Assembly: GCF_006345805.1 (NCBI RefSeq)
Contig: NC_043017.1
Span: 16,368,001 to 16,432,000, forward strand
DNA: 64,000 bases
Source of the DNA: Octopus sinensis
Lineage: Eukaryota
Direction of reading: 5' to 3'
Shown here: piece by piece, positions 1 through 12,424 of the stretch
Numbering within the stretch: position 1 is the first letter of the stretch
How the letters are laid out: each line of letters begins with the position of its first letter
The notes under the pieces: model-generated
Databases searched by the model: none
The model's input: the letters and a program-made list of their open reading frames with translations, nothing else
Told to the model about the DNA's origin: nothing
Made by a program: the position numbers and the translations under genes

Positions 1-825
1 ATGGGTTGGGTGCTACTTTCGGGCCAACAAAGATTATGCAGTTGTAGAATTCATGATACTTGGTATATTTAGTGATTATTTTTCTTCTGTTGAAGGAGAA
101 AATACAAGTCTTTATGAATGCGCGTGTGTTCATGGCCAAGAGTACATTGTGCGTGTGTAATTGTATAGGTGTGTGCCTGTTATGTGCCACTTGATATAAT
201 GTTCGGTCCTTTTTCCAGTAATTTCTTCAATTTATTCTTATATTCCTCACAATAGCTATTTATGCTCCAGAGCGCTGAAGGGCTTGCCCAGTCTCATTTC
301 GCCTTGGTACACTCCTTGGCAAAGAAGACTTTCTAACCACTCACTAAATGTTGTGAGATACGTTCATCCTAATTATTGGTTTCAAATTTTGGAACAAGGA
401 CAACAATTTCAGGGGCAAGTCGATTATATTAACCCCAGTGCTCAACTGGTACATAATTTATCGACCTCGAAAGGATGGAAAGTAAAGTCAACCTCGGCGG
501 CATTTGAACTCAGAACATAAAGATGAAATTTCTCTAAGCATTTTGCTCGGCATGGTAATGGTTCAACGACCTCGCTGCTTTGAGTTCAACCTAAATATGA
601 AATACCAGTCATTATGTATACACACAGATACTTAATTATCCGTTTATATTCGCTTATGTATAATCATGTACACGTATACACGCAGTACACTCATTTCGCA
701 TAAATATTTTGTTACAAACTTATCAACAATACCAAAGTTTAGAAGTGACATATTATACTTTGACACAGATTAGAAATTAATTTAAGTAATTATAATACAC
801 AATCATACACCCACATCTATAACCA

Positions 826-1464
826 CTACCAGCTTATCTCTTCATAGAGAACGGACCACATCCTTTCATTTGTTAAAAGTATCTCTTGTTCTGAGATTTG
901 GTTTGAAGAAATTATATTTCTACTCTCTGCCCACTGTCTGAAACATAATGTGAATAATCGCCCGAAGGAAAGTTAAAAAGAAAAAGAAATAAAAGTACAA
1001 ATATAAAGAGAGACAATTTGACAACAGAAGTAAAACCGAGGAGGAAGAAAGAAATCATTTAACAGGATACAGAAATCAGGTAAGTCTGTCTTTTAGTGAT
1101 CTACCGTTTCATACATACCGCTGTTGGTGAAGCAGACAAACTTTGAAGGGATCAAAGTAATTCCTCAGATGTATAACTTGTTTTTTTTAAGAGTTAAAAG
1201 CATAATTAAAGCCAATAATTAAAGAAGCACAAATTATATTGAATGACATGGATGGAATCCAATTATCCTACCTGAGCAGTTCCAGTCGTTTCCAAAGGAA
1301 AAACCCCACATCTCTGACGAACAAATCCTAATCGTCTTCTTTAAATATGCATCAGGGGAGCGGAATAGCTACAGTACAGCAATTGGGGTACGTGCCCTCA
1401 CCTTAAAGCCGTGTAGAGCACCATATTGTGATTTAAATGTTTTATTTAATCTTAACATAGGAGG
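826..1464 (-). other. Candidate short-intron multi-exon ORF of unknown identity (exons 1464-1402, 1327-1272, optional 1163-1119, 937-826)
   Basis: Donors AAG|GTGAGG, CAG|GTAGGA and CG|GTATGT are in compatible phases with no stops, but two acceptors are weak and the protein is not recognised. Confidence 0.3.
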
Positions 1465-1562
1465 CTAGTTTGGAAATGTACCCGTCTGTTCATTTGCAAT
1501 AACAAAAATTATATATGGGAACAGATATAGTTTTGCATTAATATATGCGTACTACCCACGAA

Positions 1563-1976
1563 GGTGGCGAGCTGGCAGAAACGTTAGCACGCCGGACGAA
1601 ATGCGTAGCCGTATTTCGTCTGCCGTTTACGTTCTGAGTTCAAATTCCGCCGAGGTCGACTTTGCCTTTCATCCTTCGGGATCGATAAATTAAGTACCAG
1701 TTACGCACTGGGGTCGATATAATCGACTTAATCCGTTTGTCTATCCTTGTTTGTCCCCTCTGTGTTTAGCCCCTTGTGGGTAGTAAAGAAATAGGTATTT
1801 CGTCTGCCGCTACGTTCTGAGTTCAAATTCCGCCGAGGTCGACTCTGCTTTTCATCCTTTCGGGGTAGATTAAATAAGAACCAGTTACGCACTGGGGTCG
1901 ATATAATCGACTTAATCCGTTTGTCTGTCTTTGTTTGTCCCCTCTGTGTTTAGCCCCTTGTGGGTAGTAAAGAAAT
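1563..1976 (+). mobile_element. tRNA-derived SINE family A with tandemly duplicated 3' two-thirds
   Basis: GGCGAGCTGGCAGAA head, GTTCAAATTCC B-box-like motif; about 180-bp body repeated. Confidence 0.85.
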
Positions 1977-2422
1977 ATATATGCATACTACCCACGCTCG
2001 CATGCACGCACACACGAACAAACAAATGCACACACGCATTCAGACACACACACACAAACATATAGTATTATATAAAATAGGAGATGGAATGAGTAATAGA
2101 CTTTACTAAGTACATTCTGGAATTTGATGGCCATATAAGCGGTACACAAGCCGACCCGAGTAATCTCTAGTGCGACTCTTTTTTATTGATGTACCCGAAG
2201 CGACCTAGAACGACAGGTAGAAACATGTGCTGTACTTAATAAAGTCTAGCACTCGTACACATTCCATCTCCCGTTTCATTAATACTATTACCCCAACTGC
2301 CACTGCGAAGTTCCTGCAGTAAATCTACGGACAACAACGGGTAACCTAAACAGTGCCGGTGCTTTACTCATCATCTATAAATACATTTTGTACGACTTTT
2401 CCATTATATATATATATGTATG

Positions 2423-2563
<141 letters not shown>

Positions 2564-2595
2564 TGTATGTATGTGTGTGTGTGTGTGTATATGTA

Positions 2596-2800
2596 TAAGA
2601 TTTGGGCATAATGCTAGTAGTTTCGGATGAGGGGATAAGTCGATTACATCGACCCCAGTGTTCCACTGGTCCCTATTTTGCCAAACCCGAAAGGATGAAA
2701 GGGAAGGCCGACCTTGGCAGAACTTGAACTCTGAACGTGAAGACAGGCGAAATCCTACTTCGCATTTTTCCCGGCATGCTAACATTTCTGCCAGCTCGTC
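2596..2800 (-). mobile_element. SINE family A-related, diverged
   Basis: Reverse complement of family A head and core. Confidence 0.7.
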
Positions 2801-2890
<90 letters not shown>

Positions 2891-2903
2891 GTAATAATAA
2901 TAA

Positions 2904-3677
2904 GCTCAGGACTCAAAGCAGAAACAGAGGGATTTTTAATTGCAGCACAAGACCAAAGCCTCCCCACCAGAAATTACCAAAAACATGTAATGAAAAGAAA
3001 TATTACAAGTAACTGCAGAATATGTGGAGATGGACAAGAAACAATAAATCATATTATCTCTGGCTGCCCAGTCCTGGCTAAGAAGGAATATATTCACAGA
3101 CATGACAGAGTTGGAACCTACATACATTGGAAGCTATGCCAACATTATGGAATAACAACAGAAAAAAGATGGTATAGGCACACACCAGAAAAGGTCACAG
3201 AAAACGAGAAAGCAACCATACTCTGGGATATGCCGATACACACAGATAGAGAAATTAAGGCCAACAGACCAGATATAGTTGTCAGAGATCATGAAGAAAA
3301 AAAATGCTTTCTAATTGATGTATCAATACCGGCAGATGACAACGTGTCTCTAAAAGAAATGGAGAAACTCTCAAAATACAAAGACCTGGAAATAGAGGTA
3401 ACTAGAATGTGGAATCTGAAAACAGAAACAATTCCTATCAGAGTAGGTGCATTAGGCATGATAAAAAAATATTCAGACAAATACATAACAAAAACACCAG
3501 GACTTACAAACACATATAACATACAGAAAATTGCACTACTAGGCACTGCACACATCCTACGCAGAACACTTTCCATACAATAACCATCAGAGCATCACAA
3601 CAAATCACAGCACATACCCAAGGCACACAGAGCTGCGCTCGGTAGTGAAGTGAAAGCACGCTATAAAAATAAAACTA

Positions 3678-3680
<3 letters not shown>
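2904..3680 (+). mobile_element. 5'-truncated R4/Dong-clade non-LTR retrotransposon (zinc knuckle + restriction-like endonuclease) in an (AAT)n array
   Basis: Open frame CRICG..ETINHIISGC...NRPDIVV..D..K..KEMEKLSKY; 3' UTR ends in (AAT)n; AAT array also on the 5' side. Confidence 0.88.
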
Positions 3681-3739
<59 letters not shown>

Positions 3740-3769
3740 GAAGAAGAAGAAGAAGAAGAAGAATCCTAT

Positions 3770-3930
3770 CTACTAATAGCGCAAGGCCTGAAATTTGTGG
3801 GGAGGGGGACAAGTCGATTACACCGACCAAAGGTTTCGCTGGTATTCAATTTATCGATCCCGAGGGGATTAAAAGAGAAGTCGACCTTGGTGGAATTTGA
3901 ACTCAGAATGTAAAGACGGACGAAATACCT
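3770..3930 (-). mobile_element. SINE family A-related, diverged
   Basis: Core GTCGACCTTGG..GAACTCAGAA. Confidence 0.65.
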
Positions 3931-4387
3931 ATTTTTTTTACTACCCACATATCTTTTTAACCTACCACACGACCACTATTTATTACAGTTTATTTCTCGT
4001 CTTTTTATGCAACTGTAGCAAGAGACGATGCAGCAATGTCCTTCTCTAGGCATAACAGGGGAAAATTATAGTATAGTTAAATTACAAGAAAAGTACGTCC
4101 TAGTCGAAAGACGCCCGTTCGCGATGTCCTGTTATTGTTATTAATATTATTATTATTGTTTTTACGTATTATTTTTGTATTCATATTCGTGTAACATCGT
4201 CCGTTTTCTGTCCTTGTTTTGTATACATCCGAAGCTTTCTTCCAAGGAATCTAATGCGCTTAGCTTAGTTTTTCCTGAGGGCTGGCCAGATTGGAGCAAT
4301 CTCAAGATTAATCCGCCGAAATTGCGAGGATGATCCGGTTCTTGAATGAAGATTGAAGGCTTCGAATGTCCCGTCCGTGTTTTTTTG

Positions 4388-4395
4388 TGACGTCA
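4388..4395. promoter_or_regulatory. Perfect CRE palindrome TGACGTCA about 75 bp upstream of the BDH2 ATG
   Basis: Sequence match only. Confidence 0.3.
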
Positions 4396-4468
4396 TCAAA
4401 ATGTTTTGCGTTCTTGTCCCACTTTGTATTTTTATACATATATTAAGTACCCTCATTTCATCTTTCAG

Positions 4469-4555
4469 ATGTCGAATTCATTAATGGGTCGTCTTCGTGG
4501 TAAAGTGGCTGTGATTACAGCAGCAGCACAAGGAATAGGCTTCGCTACAGCTTTG
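4469..4555 (+). CDS. BDH2: BDH2 coding exon 1 (MSNSLMGRLRGKVAVITAAAQGIGFATAL)
   Basis: TTTCAG directly before ATG 4469; second ATG 4484 matches the vertebrate start (MGRL.GKV); BDH2-type Rossmann motif TAAAQGIG; GTGAG donor at 4556, phase 0. Confidence 0.95.
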
Positions 4556-4668
4556 GTGAGATACAAATTCTTCTTACTAATAACAATCTTTCTCCGCTTT
4601 TCACGTTTAAAGATACACACACATCCAAACATACATACGTAATACATATACACATGTCTCTCTCTCTT

Positions 4669-4724
<56 letters not shown>

Positions 4725-4941
4725 CAAAATAAACAACAAGGATATCCAGAGGTAATGCAGTACGATCGTTTCATGCGACTCCATTTAATTGAACAATGCA
4801 AACATTACATCAATTTAAACTGTTACAAGTGTGATGTTGTTGGTAAAACATGTTCTTTGTCTATCTCCTTATCCTCTTGGAGATTTTGGATAAAATTATA
4901 CTAATGTGTCCTTCAAATTTAATTAAATTCTATGTTTTTTG

Positions 4942-5028
4942 TGCAGCTGAAGATTGCTCTACATTTCAAATTGATGTAATGTTTGCATTGTTCAATTAAA
5001 TGGAGTCGCATGAAACGATCGTACTGCA
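4942..5028 (+). ncRNA. Hammerhead ribozyme-like motif in BDH2 intron 1 (sense)
   Basis: TGCAG-CTGAAGA-TTGC..GCAT-GAAAC-GATC-GTA-CTGCA; U-U mismatch at the base of stem II. Confidence 0.5.
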
Positions 5029-5251
5029 TTACCTCTGGATATCCTTGTTGCTTATTTTGATCATATTCACCTTATTTTGAAATTGAATGAATAATACCAT
5101 ACTAAATTCTAGTGCCTCAACTTAAGTACCATATTCATCTGAATCTAAATTTTATGTATATATATATAATATATATATATATAAATGTAAATATGTAAGT
5201 ATGTATGTATGTATGTATGTATGTATGTGTATATATATATATATATATATA

Positions 5252-5316
<65 letters not shown>

Positions 5317-5629
5317 TATACATGTATATATATTCGATATGAAAATTTAAATTCATTTAATTTAATTCCTATGATTGCATTAATTGGATATAGAAATGGT
5401 AAGTATAAAGAATTTGATGTACTGAATGGAATTTGTTCAAATAGATTGATGTCTATATATTAATTTCTCCATTTTCTTCTTCTCATACAAGAATATTTAT
5501 ATATACAAATATCCATCAATGCGAAACTAACATTTTTGCTTTTTCACTGAAGCACTGGATATAACCCGGGAACTTGGATGGTAACATCCCTTTGAAAGGG
5601 TTTGATATCCTTGATGTAATTTTATATGA

Positions 5630-5880
5630 ATGTATGTGTGTATGTATGTATGCATGTATGCATGCATGTATGTATGTATGTATGTATATATGCTTGCATG
5701 TATGTATGTATGTATGTATGTATGTATGTATGTATGTATGTATGTATGTATGCTTGCATGTATGTATGTATGTATGTATGTATGTATGTATGTATGTATG
5801 TATGTATGTATGTACGTGTGTATGTATGTATGCATGTATGTATGTATGTACGTATGTATGTATGCATAGATAGATAGATA
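5630..5880 (+). repeat. (TATG)n microsatellite
   Basis: Direct reading. Confidence 0.95.
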
Positions 5881-5939
5881 TGTGTAGTAGTAACACAAAA
5901 AGAGGAATTTCGATTATCCCCACGAGATGAGTTGTAATG

Positions 5940-5979
<40 letters not shown>

Positions 5980-6180
5980 AAGAAGGAAAATGCACACACT
6001 TTACATAGTTTTAATATATTTTTATATATAAAATATAAAATATATCAAATATTAAAAATATATAAAATATACATATCTTTATATATGTATGCATATATAT
6101 GCATGTATATATAAATGTATGTATATATATATATATGCATGTATGTATATATACATACATACACACATACATACATACAT

Positions 6181-6264
<84 letters not shown>

Positions 6265-6299
6265 TATATATACACAACTGGCGGTATCCGAGCATGGCC

Positions 6300-7110
6300 A
6301 CCGCTTTAGTGCTGAAACGTATAAAAAGATAAAAGAAAAAATATATAAATTGTGTTAGACTAATTGGCAGCAGAAGGTTTTGCATGGTAGATTCCCAAAG
6401 ATAATTGCAGAAAATAGTAGTAGTGAGACATGGTTATGATTGCAGAAAGAAAGCTGAGAAAAGAGACAAAAAGTTTGTTAGTAGCAGCACAAGATCAAGC
6501 ATTAAGGATTAATTGGATAACAGCCATGATTGACAAAAAGCAGGTGTGTAAATCAAAAGAAGAAAGTGTTACTCATATAGTGAGTGTAGGATGCTGACAC
6601 AGAAAGAGTACAAGAGAAGATATGACAGCCGAGGGAGAGTAATCCACTGGAAGTTATGCAGAAAGCTAGGATTTGAGCATACTGAGAAATGGTATGAACA
6701 TGGACCAAGTAAAATAAGAAATATAAGATGTGGGACTTCAACTTCAACATTCATATGGACAGAGTAATAGAAGCTAGAAAGCCTGATTTTGTAGTAGCAG
6801 ATAAAGAGAATAGAAAGTGCCAGATAATGGACTTTACGGTCCCAAATGATGAGAAAGTTAATATGAAAGGTATGGCGAAAATAGCAAAATACCAGGACCA
6901 AGACATTGAGTTACAGAAACTATAGAAAGTGCAAATAAAATGTATCCCTGTAGTTACAGGTGCATTGGGAATTATCGCTACAGATTTGAACAGATAGATA
7001 GAGGAAATAGGCATAAAATCCAGTTTAGTACAGCTCCAGGAAACAGTGTTATTAGGGACAGCTGTGTTTAGGAGAGTTCTTGGCCTTTAAAGTTACTTGT
7101 AGCCCGATGT
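6300..7110 (+). mobile_element. Degenerate RLE-type (R4-like) LINE 3' fragment
   Basis: WDFNFNIHMDRVIEARKPDFVVADKENRKCQIMDFTVPND, then IPVVTGALG with stops; followed by an (AAT)n array. Confidence 0.75.
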
Positions 7111-7139
7111 TAGGGATTTTTCTTTTCCCACGGTCTAAT

Positions 7140-7184
7140 CTCTTGTGCATATATGAAATAATAATAATAATAATAATAGTAATA

Positions 7185-7238
<54 letters not shown>

Positions 7239-7242
7239 TAAT

Positions 7243-7287
<45 letters not shown>

Positions 7288-7332
7288 ATTAATAATGATG
7301 ATAATGATAATAATGATAATAATAATAATAAC

Positions 7333-7419
<87 letters not shown>

Positions 7420-7491
7420 AATAATGATAATGATGATGATAATGATGATGATAATGATGATGGTGGTGGTGGTGGTGGTGGTTTTTGGTGG

Positions 7492-7533
<42 letters not shown>
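7140..7533 (+). repeat. Compound trinucleotide array (AAT to GAT to GGT to GAT)
   Basis: Direct reading. Confidence 0.95.
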
Positions 7534-7534
<1 letters not shown>

Positions 7535-8175
7535 AGACAAGACCAAGAGCGCGATGCGATTGCAATAGATATTTTATTGGTTGAGCGATATTTCGGCAAG
7601 CAAGTCTTTGTCGATTTCAAAATAAAAAGTGATAAAAATTCAAAATTATAGAAATTCAAATCTGAAATATGAACGAGAGCAATCAGCGTCCACACGTTGA
7701 GGGAATGACATCATCAGTCATTAAATTTCAATTTTATAACTGGCGAAAAGAAAAAAGGCAAAACAAAAACAGATTCAAAAAAAGGAAAGAAAAAGGAAAG
7801 AGAAGAATATTTAATCAAACAGTTTTGTGTAAGTTTGAAGCAAAATGTTCGGCAAGTTCTGTCGAACTAATGTTCTTGTGCCTGACCTCATGTCTGTGCG
7901 CATTAATTTTTTTTGTTTAATTGTTTTGTTGTACAAGAAACATAAGCCAAGTTGTGTTCCGTACACCAAATGGGAATCTTTACATGTCCCCCCTTCTGAA
8001 TAAATCATAACATTTCTGTTATGATTCCTGATGGAATTCACTTGACTCATGTTGTTGCACTATGAACAGGGTTTCCCTCTCTTGCTAATGATATTGATAC
8101 TACCGAAGGGAAAGAAGGGGATAAAGTGAAAGAGAAAGAGCTGAGTATGATGATGAAGATGGTCATATTTTTCAG

Positions 8176-8257
8176 GCGTTTTATCGTGAAGGGGCAGAAG
8201 TATATGCTACGGATATAAACAAAGAGAAACTTGAATTGTTGGCGGCCAGTTGCGCAG
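8176..8257 (+). CDS. BDH2: BDH2 exon 2 (AFYREGAEVYATDINKEKLELLAASCA-G)
   Basis: TTTTTCAG acceptor; matches human AFAREGAKVIATDINESKL; frame requires a GC donor (AG|GCAAGT at 8258). Confidence 0.93.
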
Positions 8258-8303
8258 GCAAGTATCTATAATTAACTACTTATGTATAAATGTGTGTGTT
8301 TGA

Positions 8304-8404
<101 letters not shown>

Positions 8405-8559
8405 TAAATATATATACATATATATAGCAATAATAACATAAGGACTTTATGGAGGAGGTGCTCGAGGACTCCTCCACGACTTCTCCAAGAAGAGGCTTTT
8501 GCCCAAGCCAAACTAAACATATATATATATACGTGGCCTGATCAGTAAGTATCCGGACT

Positions 8560-9326
8560 GCTAAAACATGCAGAGTAAAGCCGCTTGGCACAGATAGACC
8601 TTGAACTCTTCTGTGCATGCGCAGTAAGTTTTAACATTCTAGCTCACTTTTGCTGTTTACAGAAGTGCTTGGAAGGGAGGTGTGTAGCGTGTGGTTGTCG
8701 CATTGGACATGACAGAAAGGTTGAGCAGAGAATCAGCATCAAATTTTGCTAAAAGCTTGGCAATACCTGCTCATAGGCCTACGCAAAGTTTTCAAAAAGT
8801 TTTCATGGTTCTCAACACAATCGAGGAGATCTTGTGCAACTGAAACCCAAGTGTCTTCTTGATAATCTGAAAGCAGTTTTGGCACAAACTTGACAGACAC
8901 TCATCTCATACCCAAATTTTCAGTGATAATGGGCTGAACTGAACCGTAACTAATCTGCTTGTCCTCTCATAACACACGGTTGGTGATTCGACGATTTCCC
9001 TTCACAGTTGCATGCACATCTGCGATATTTGTCTCAGTTCTGCTGGTCTCCCAGAACGTTTGTCAATATTGATATTTTTTTCTGTTTGTGTGCAGCTCAA
9101 GCACTCCTCTCCATACACTTTCTGCAACTTTGCGTTGTCCTCCGAGCAGATATCACCATGACAACTTTCTCTATCATGGTCAATGCAACGATCACACGCT
9201 ACACACCTTCCTTCCAAGCACTAATGTAAACAGCGGGAGTGAGCTAGAATGTTAAAACTTAGTGTGCATACACAGAAGAGTTCAAGGTCAATCTTTGCCA
9301 AGCGGATTTACTCTGCGTGTTTTAGC
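8560..9326. mobile_element. Mariner-derived fold-back element with about 135-bp inverted termini
   Basis: 8560-8695 is the reverse complement of 9192-9326; EQRISIKFC-type mariner start inside. Confidence 0.7.
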
Positions 9327-9429
9327 TTCGTTACTATGGCAACAATCTAGATACTTATTGATTAGACCTAATGTCAACGCCGAAGCTCGTCATGCCTCAC
9401 TGTTAACAAAGCAAAATACAAACCCGAAT

Positions 9430-10600
9430 GGTTATCGACCGGATTGCAAAAGGCCACGTACCCGAATGAGGACCCAGATTATATACGAGAAATCAGCTAC
9501 TGGTTCAAATCTTCCCGACACACAGGAGCTGGAAGTACCCCACAACCGGAATATTCCAACAGATGGCCATCCATGCTCGTCATCAAACAACCAAAAGAAA
9601 AAGAATGAAAAATGGCCAAAAGAAGATAATAAAGAAGTTCTTACGGCCTTCTACCATGCCATATATTTCCCCACAAATAAATCTAATACTGTACAAACCT
9701 ACTGAAAACTGGACAGAAAGACATTGAAGTAAGACACTACATAGAGAGTAACAAACTTGCCAACGTCCGAAGAAACATTATGAAAAAAAATTACTGACTG
9801 AAGTGGATATTGACCAAATTAAACAAGCAGTAAAGGATAAAAAGAACGAGGCTGTAGCTAAAGAAGATACGACAGAGGAAATAATTATAGACCAGCCCAA
9901 GGCTGATGAAAATGCAGTAATGATTGAAAGAGTTAATGTAACTGATAGGCAAAGTTAAATACTCTCTAGACCAACCATAAATACTAAGACAGATGAAAAT
10001 CAAATAGATGAAGAAAGTCACACAGAAATTGACCCAACATAATTACATGATCTAAAAAATCAAATCGTGATTGAATGGCTGAAAATCAAAGAAACCAGTA
10101 TGGATGAACGCGATACGCTCCCAAAAATCTGCAATTCTGACCAAAACCTGAAAATAATTGGTGAAATCTGCCTTGCACTTAAGAATATAATTTCAGCTAA
10201 TGATGCTGGTATCACAGATCTCAACCACCTGTACTGTGCATCCACGAAAATCTCAACAATTCTATGTGGTGAAAAGATTAGAAAACGACAACATTCCCAC
10301 AAAAAGCCTTCTTGGCAAGAACGTATTCAACACCAAATGAAGCTACTTTGGTCTAACGTAGAATGTTTGAAAGACCTTAAGTCTAACAAGACTATCAAAC
10401 CTACAAAAACCCGAAAATTAAAGAAATCATATAATATGAAAACCATATTTGACTTTGATACCACCACAGAAACCATTCAAACAAAAGGCATGTGGTAAAG
10501 CTGCCCGCATAGCAAGGTATAGAAAGCGCGTTAGATTCTTCAAGTTCAAAAATAACCCTCAAAATTTTTACAGGAAGATTGGGAAGATACATCTAATATA
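9430..10600 (+). mobile_element. Degenerate N-terminal ORF region of an R4/Dong-like LINE
   Basis: KWPKEDNKEVLTAFYHA and KKPSWQERIQHQMKLL segments resemble R4/Dong N-termini; frameshifted. Confidence 0.55.
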
Positions 10601-11333
10601 ATAAATGTGAATGTCAGTGTGTCAGTGTGTCACACTTTTTCAACTTTACTCCTGGCGGCTGTAGCCCAACATGTCATATTAATTTGGAATCGAGCTGACT
10701 CCGTGAGTAAATTAAAAACATTCCGGACCGAATCCGGATCCACGATCCTGAAATTTTGGACTCCTACGTTTTCGTTACTGCGATTGTTTTCGGCGATTTT
10801 TTTCATATGACTTTTAGCGACGAATATGATCATCATTGGGATATGACCCTGGAGGGGAAGCAATTGCAACAAATTCTCCCAAACAAGTCAAAGATCTGTT
10901 TGCAGATCTTCCCATCCAGAGTCGGTTGCTTAAAAGCTATATACTAGCTTAAAGCCGCAATATCGGGCGGGTTTTAAGCGAGTGATAGAATATTTTTAAC
11001 ATGACCCGTGACACGATATAATGTTAACCCGAAGTGTGGTTAACATTTAGTCTATCATCTAAGGTATTCACGGTTCTCACACATCCGGGACACGGACACA
11101 ACTGCTCATTAAATGATGATGGATAACTTTTTGTAGTCTTTCGCTGCTTTCTGTTTTTAGGTAGAACCTTTCCAGAGGTCTGCTATTCCCTAGTCTCACA
11201 TTTATAATAATAAATAAATGACACTTAATGCTTAAATGATAAAAGGCCATAAAATTGTATGAAATTTAATGGTTTGTAAAACAGAGAATTGACCTTATTT
11301 TGTTTCTAATTAGCTGTCATGTATTTATTTTAG

Positions 11334-11430
11334 GTATACACACCAATGTCCTTGATGTCACAAACAGTGAACAAGTTAGAGCTTTTGCTGAAAATATTCC
11401 TAAAGTTGATATAATTTTTAACTGTGCCGG
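11334..11430 (+). CDS. BDH2: BDH2 exon 3 (G-IHTNVLDVTNSEQVRAFAENIPKVDIIFNCAG)
   Basis: TTTTAG acceptor, GTAAAT donor; LDVT and FNCAG motifs; phases 1 and 2. Confidence 0.95.
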
Positions 11431-11578
11431 GTAAATATAGATTTTCTTCACATCATCATTCTTCATTTTATCCTTACCATTATCTTTATTATGGGTGGTT
11501 TGTGAAATGCAAACCATTCTTGAAACAGGAACCGAGTAATCTTGGAGAACAAGCAGAGAAGAACTCGTGCTTAATAAG

Positions 11579-11963
11579 TACTAGCAGTATCGCCCGGCGT
11601 TGCTCAGGTTTGTAAGGGAGATAACTATAAAGCATTTTTAGAGAGTTATAGCCAAAAAATAGCAAAAAAATGGAAAAAAATGATGGTAAATTTTTTTTTA
11701 GTTAAAAAAGGTGGAGTTGCGTCCCCTAGACAGTTTGCGGTTTGTGTTTCTGATTCTCGACTCCATGTCGAATTTATCGATTTTTTTCAGAACTGGGGGA
11801 ACTTTTCAAAATTTTCGCTGCGTTAGTTTTGAATTATGACATTGGGCTATGTGTGTGTCAAGTTTCATCAGAATCGGTTGAAAGCCGTGGTCAGGGTGAG
11901 GGTACAAGAAAACAGACACACAGAAACACGCACAGACAAACTGCCGTTTATATAGAGAGAGAT
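11579..11963 (+). mobile_element. Non-autonomous Helitron-like element (family E)
   Basis: 5' TACTAGCAGTATCGCCCGGCGTTGCTC hairpin; 3' GACA repeat then TTTATATAGAGAGAGAT. Confidence 0.6.
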
Positions 11964-12061
11964 TTCCGCGGATAACAAAATATCTAGAGTCAACGAAAAT
12001 GTCTTGTAGGAACTTCTAATCCTTACAGGTAATGCGTCAATATCCTTACTGGAAGTGATGT

Positions 12062-12424
12062 GTTTTACTCCAGTTTACTCTCATTCTCGCCCACAACATC
12101 ATAAGCGGAAAGTGTAACCTCTCGAAAGAGCTGTTCTTCACTCCTGCTCCAGAGCGTCGGCTGCGGGGTCATTCCGAAAAGCTCTACCTGCGACGATTTC
12201 ATCTCAATCGAAGGAGAGGAGCTTTCTCCGTCCGGGTTGCGGATCCGTGGAACAAGCTGCCAGACGAGATGGTGAAGATGCCGACGACCGCTTTGTTCAA
12301 AGCCTCCCTGGACCTCAAGTGGCCTGAACTCTTTACATGAACACCACCCTGTACTTAACTCCATGACCCCCTACATGGCTTTGCTATTTGCTTTTGAGCC
12401 AAATTAACTAACTAACTAACTACC
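12062..12424 (+). mobile_element. CR1-clade LINE 3' end with (TAAC)n tail
   Basis: RGHSEKLYLRRFHLNRRRGAFSVRVADPWNKLP...FKASLD, typical CR1 C-terminus. Confidence 0.8.

Noticed and set aside
2286-2372. - strand [28 protein letters not shown] as a first exon or mitochondrial presequence of the candidate divergent gene
   Set aside because: Its donor is phase 2 and gives a stop when spliced to the 1464 or nearby acceptors.
8262-8263. Canonical GT donor for BDH2 exon 2
   Set aside because: Adds 4 nt and frameshifts exon 3.
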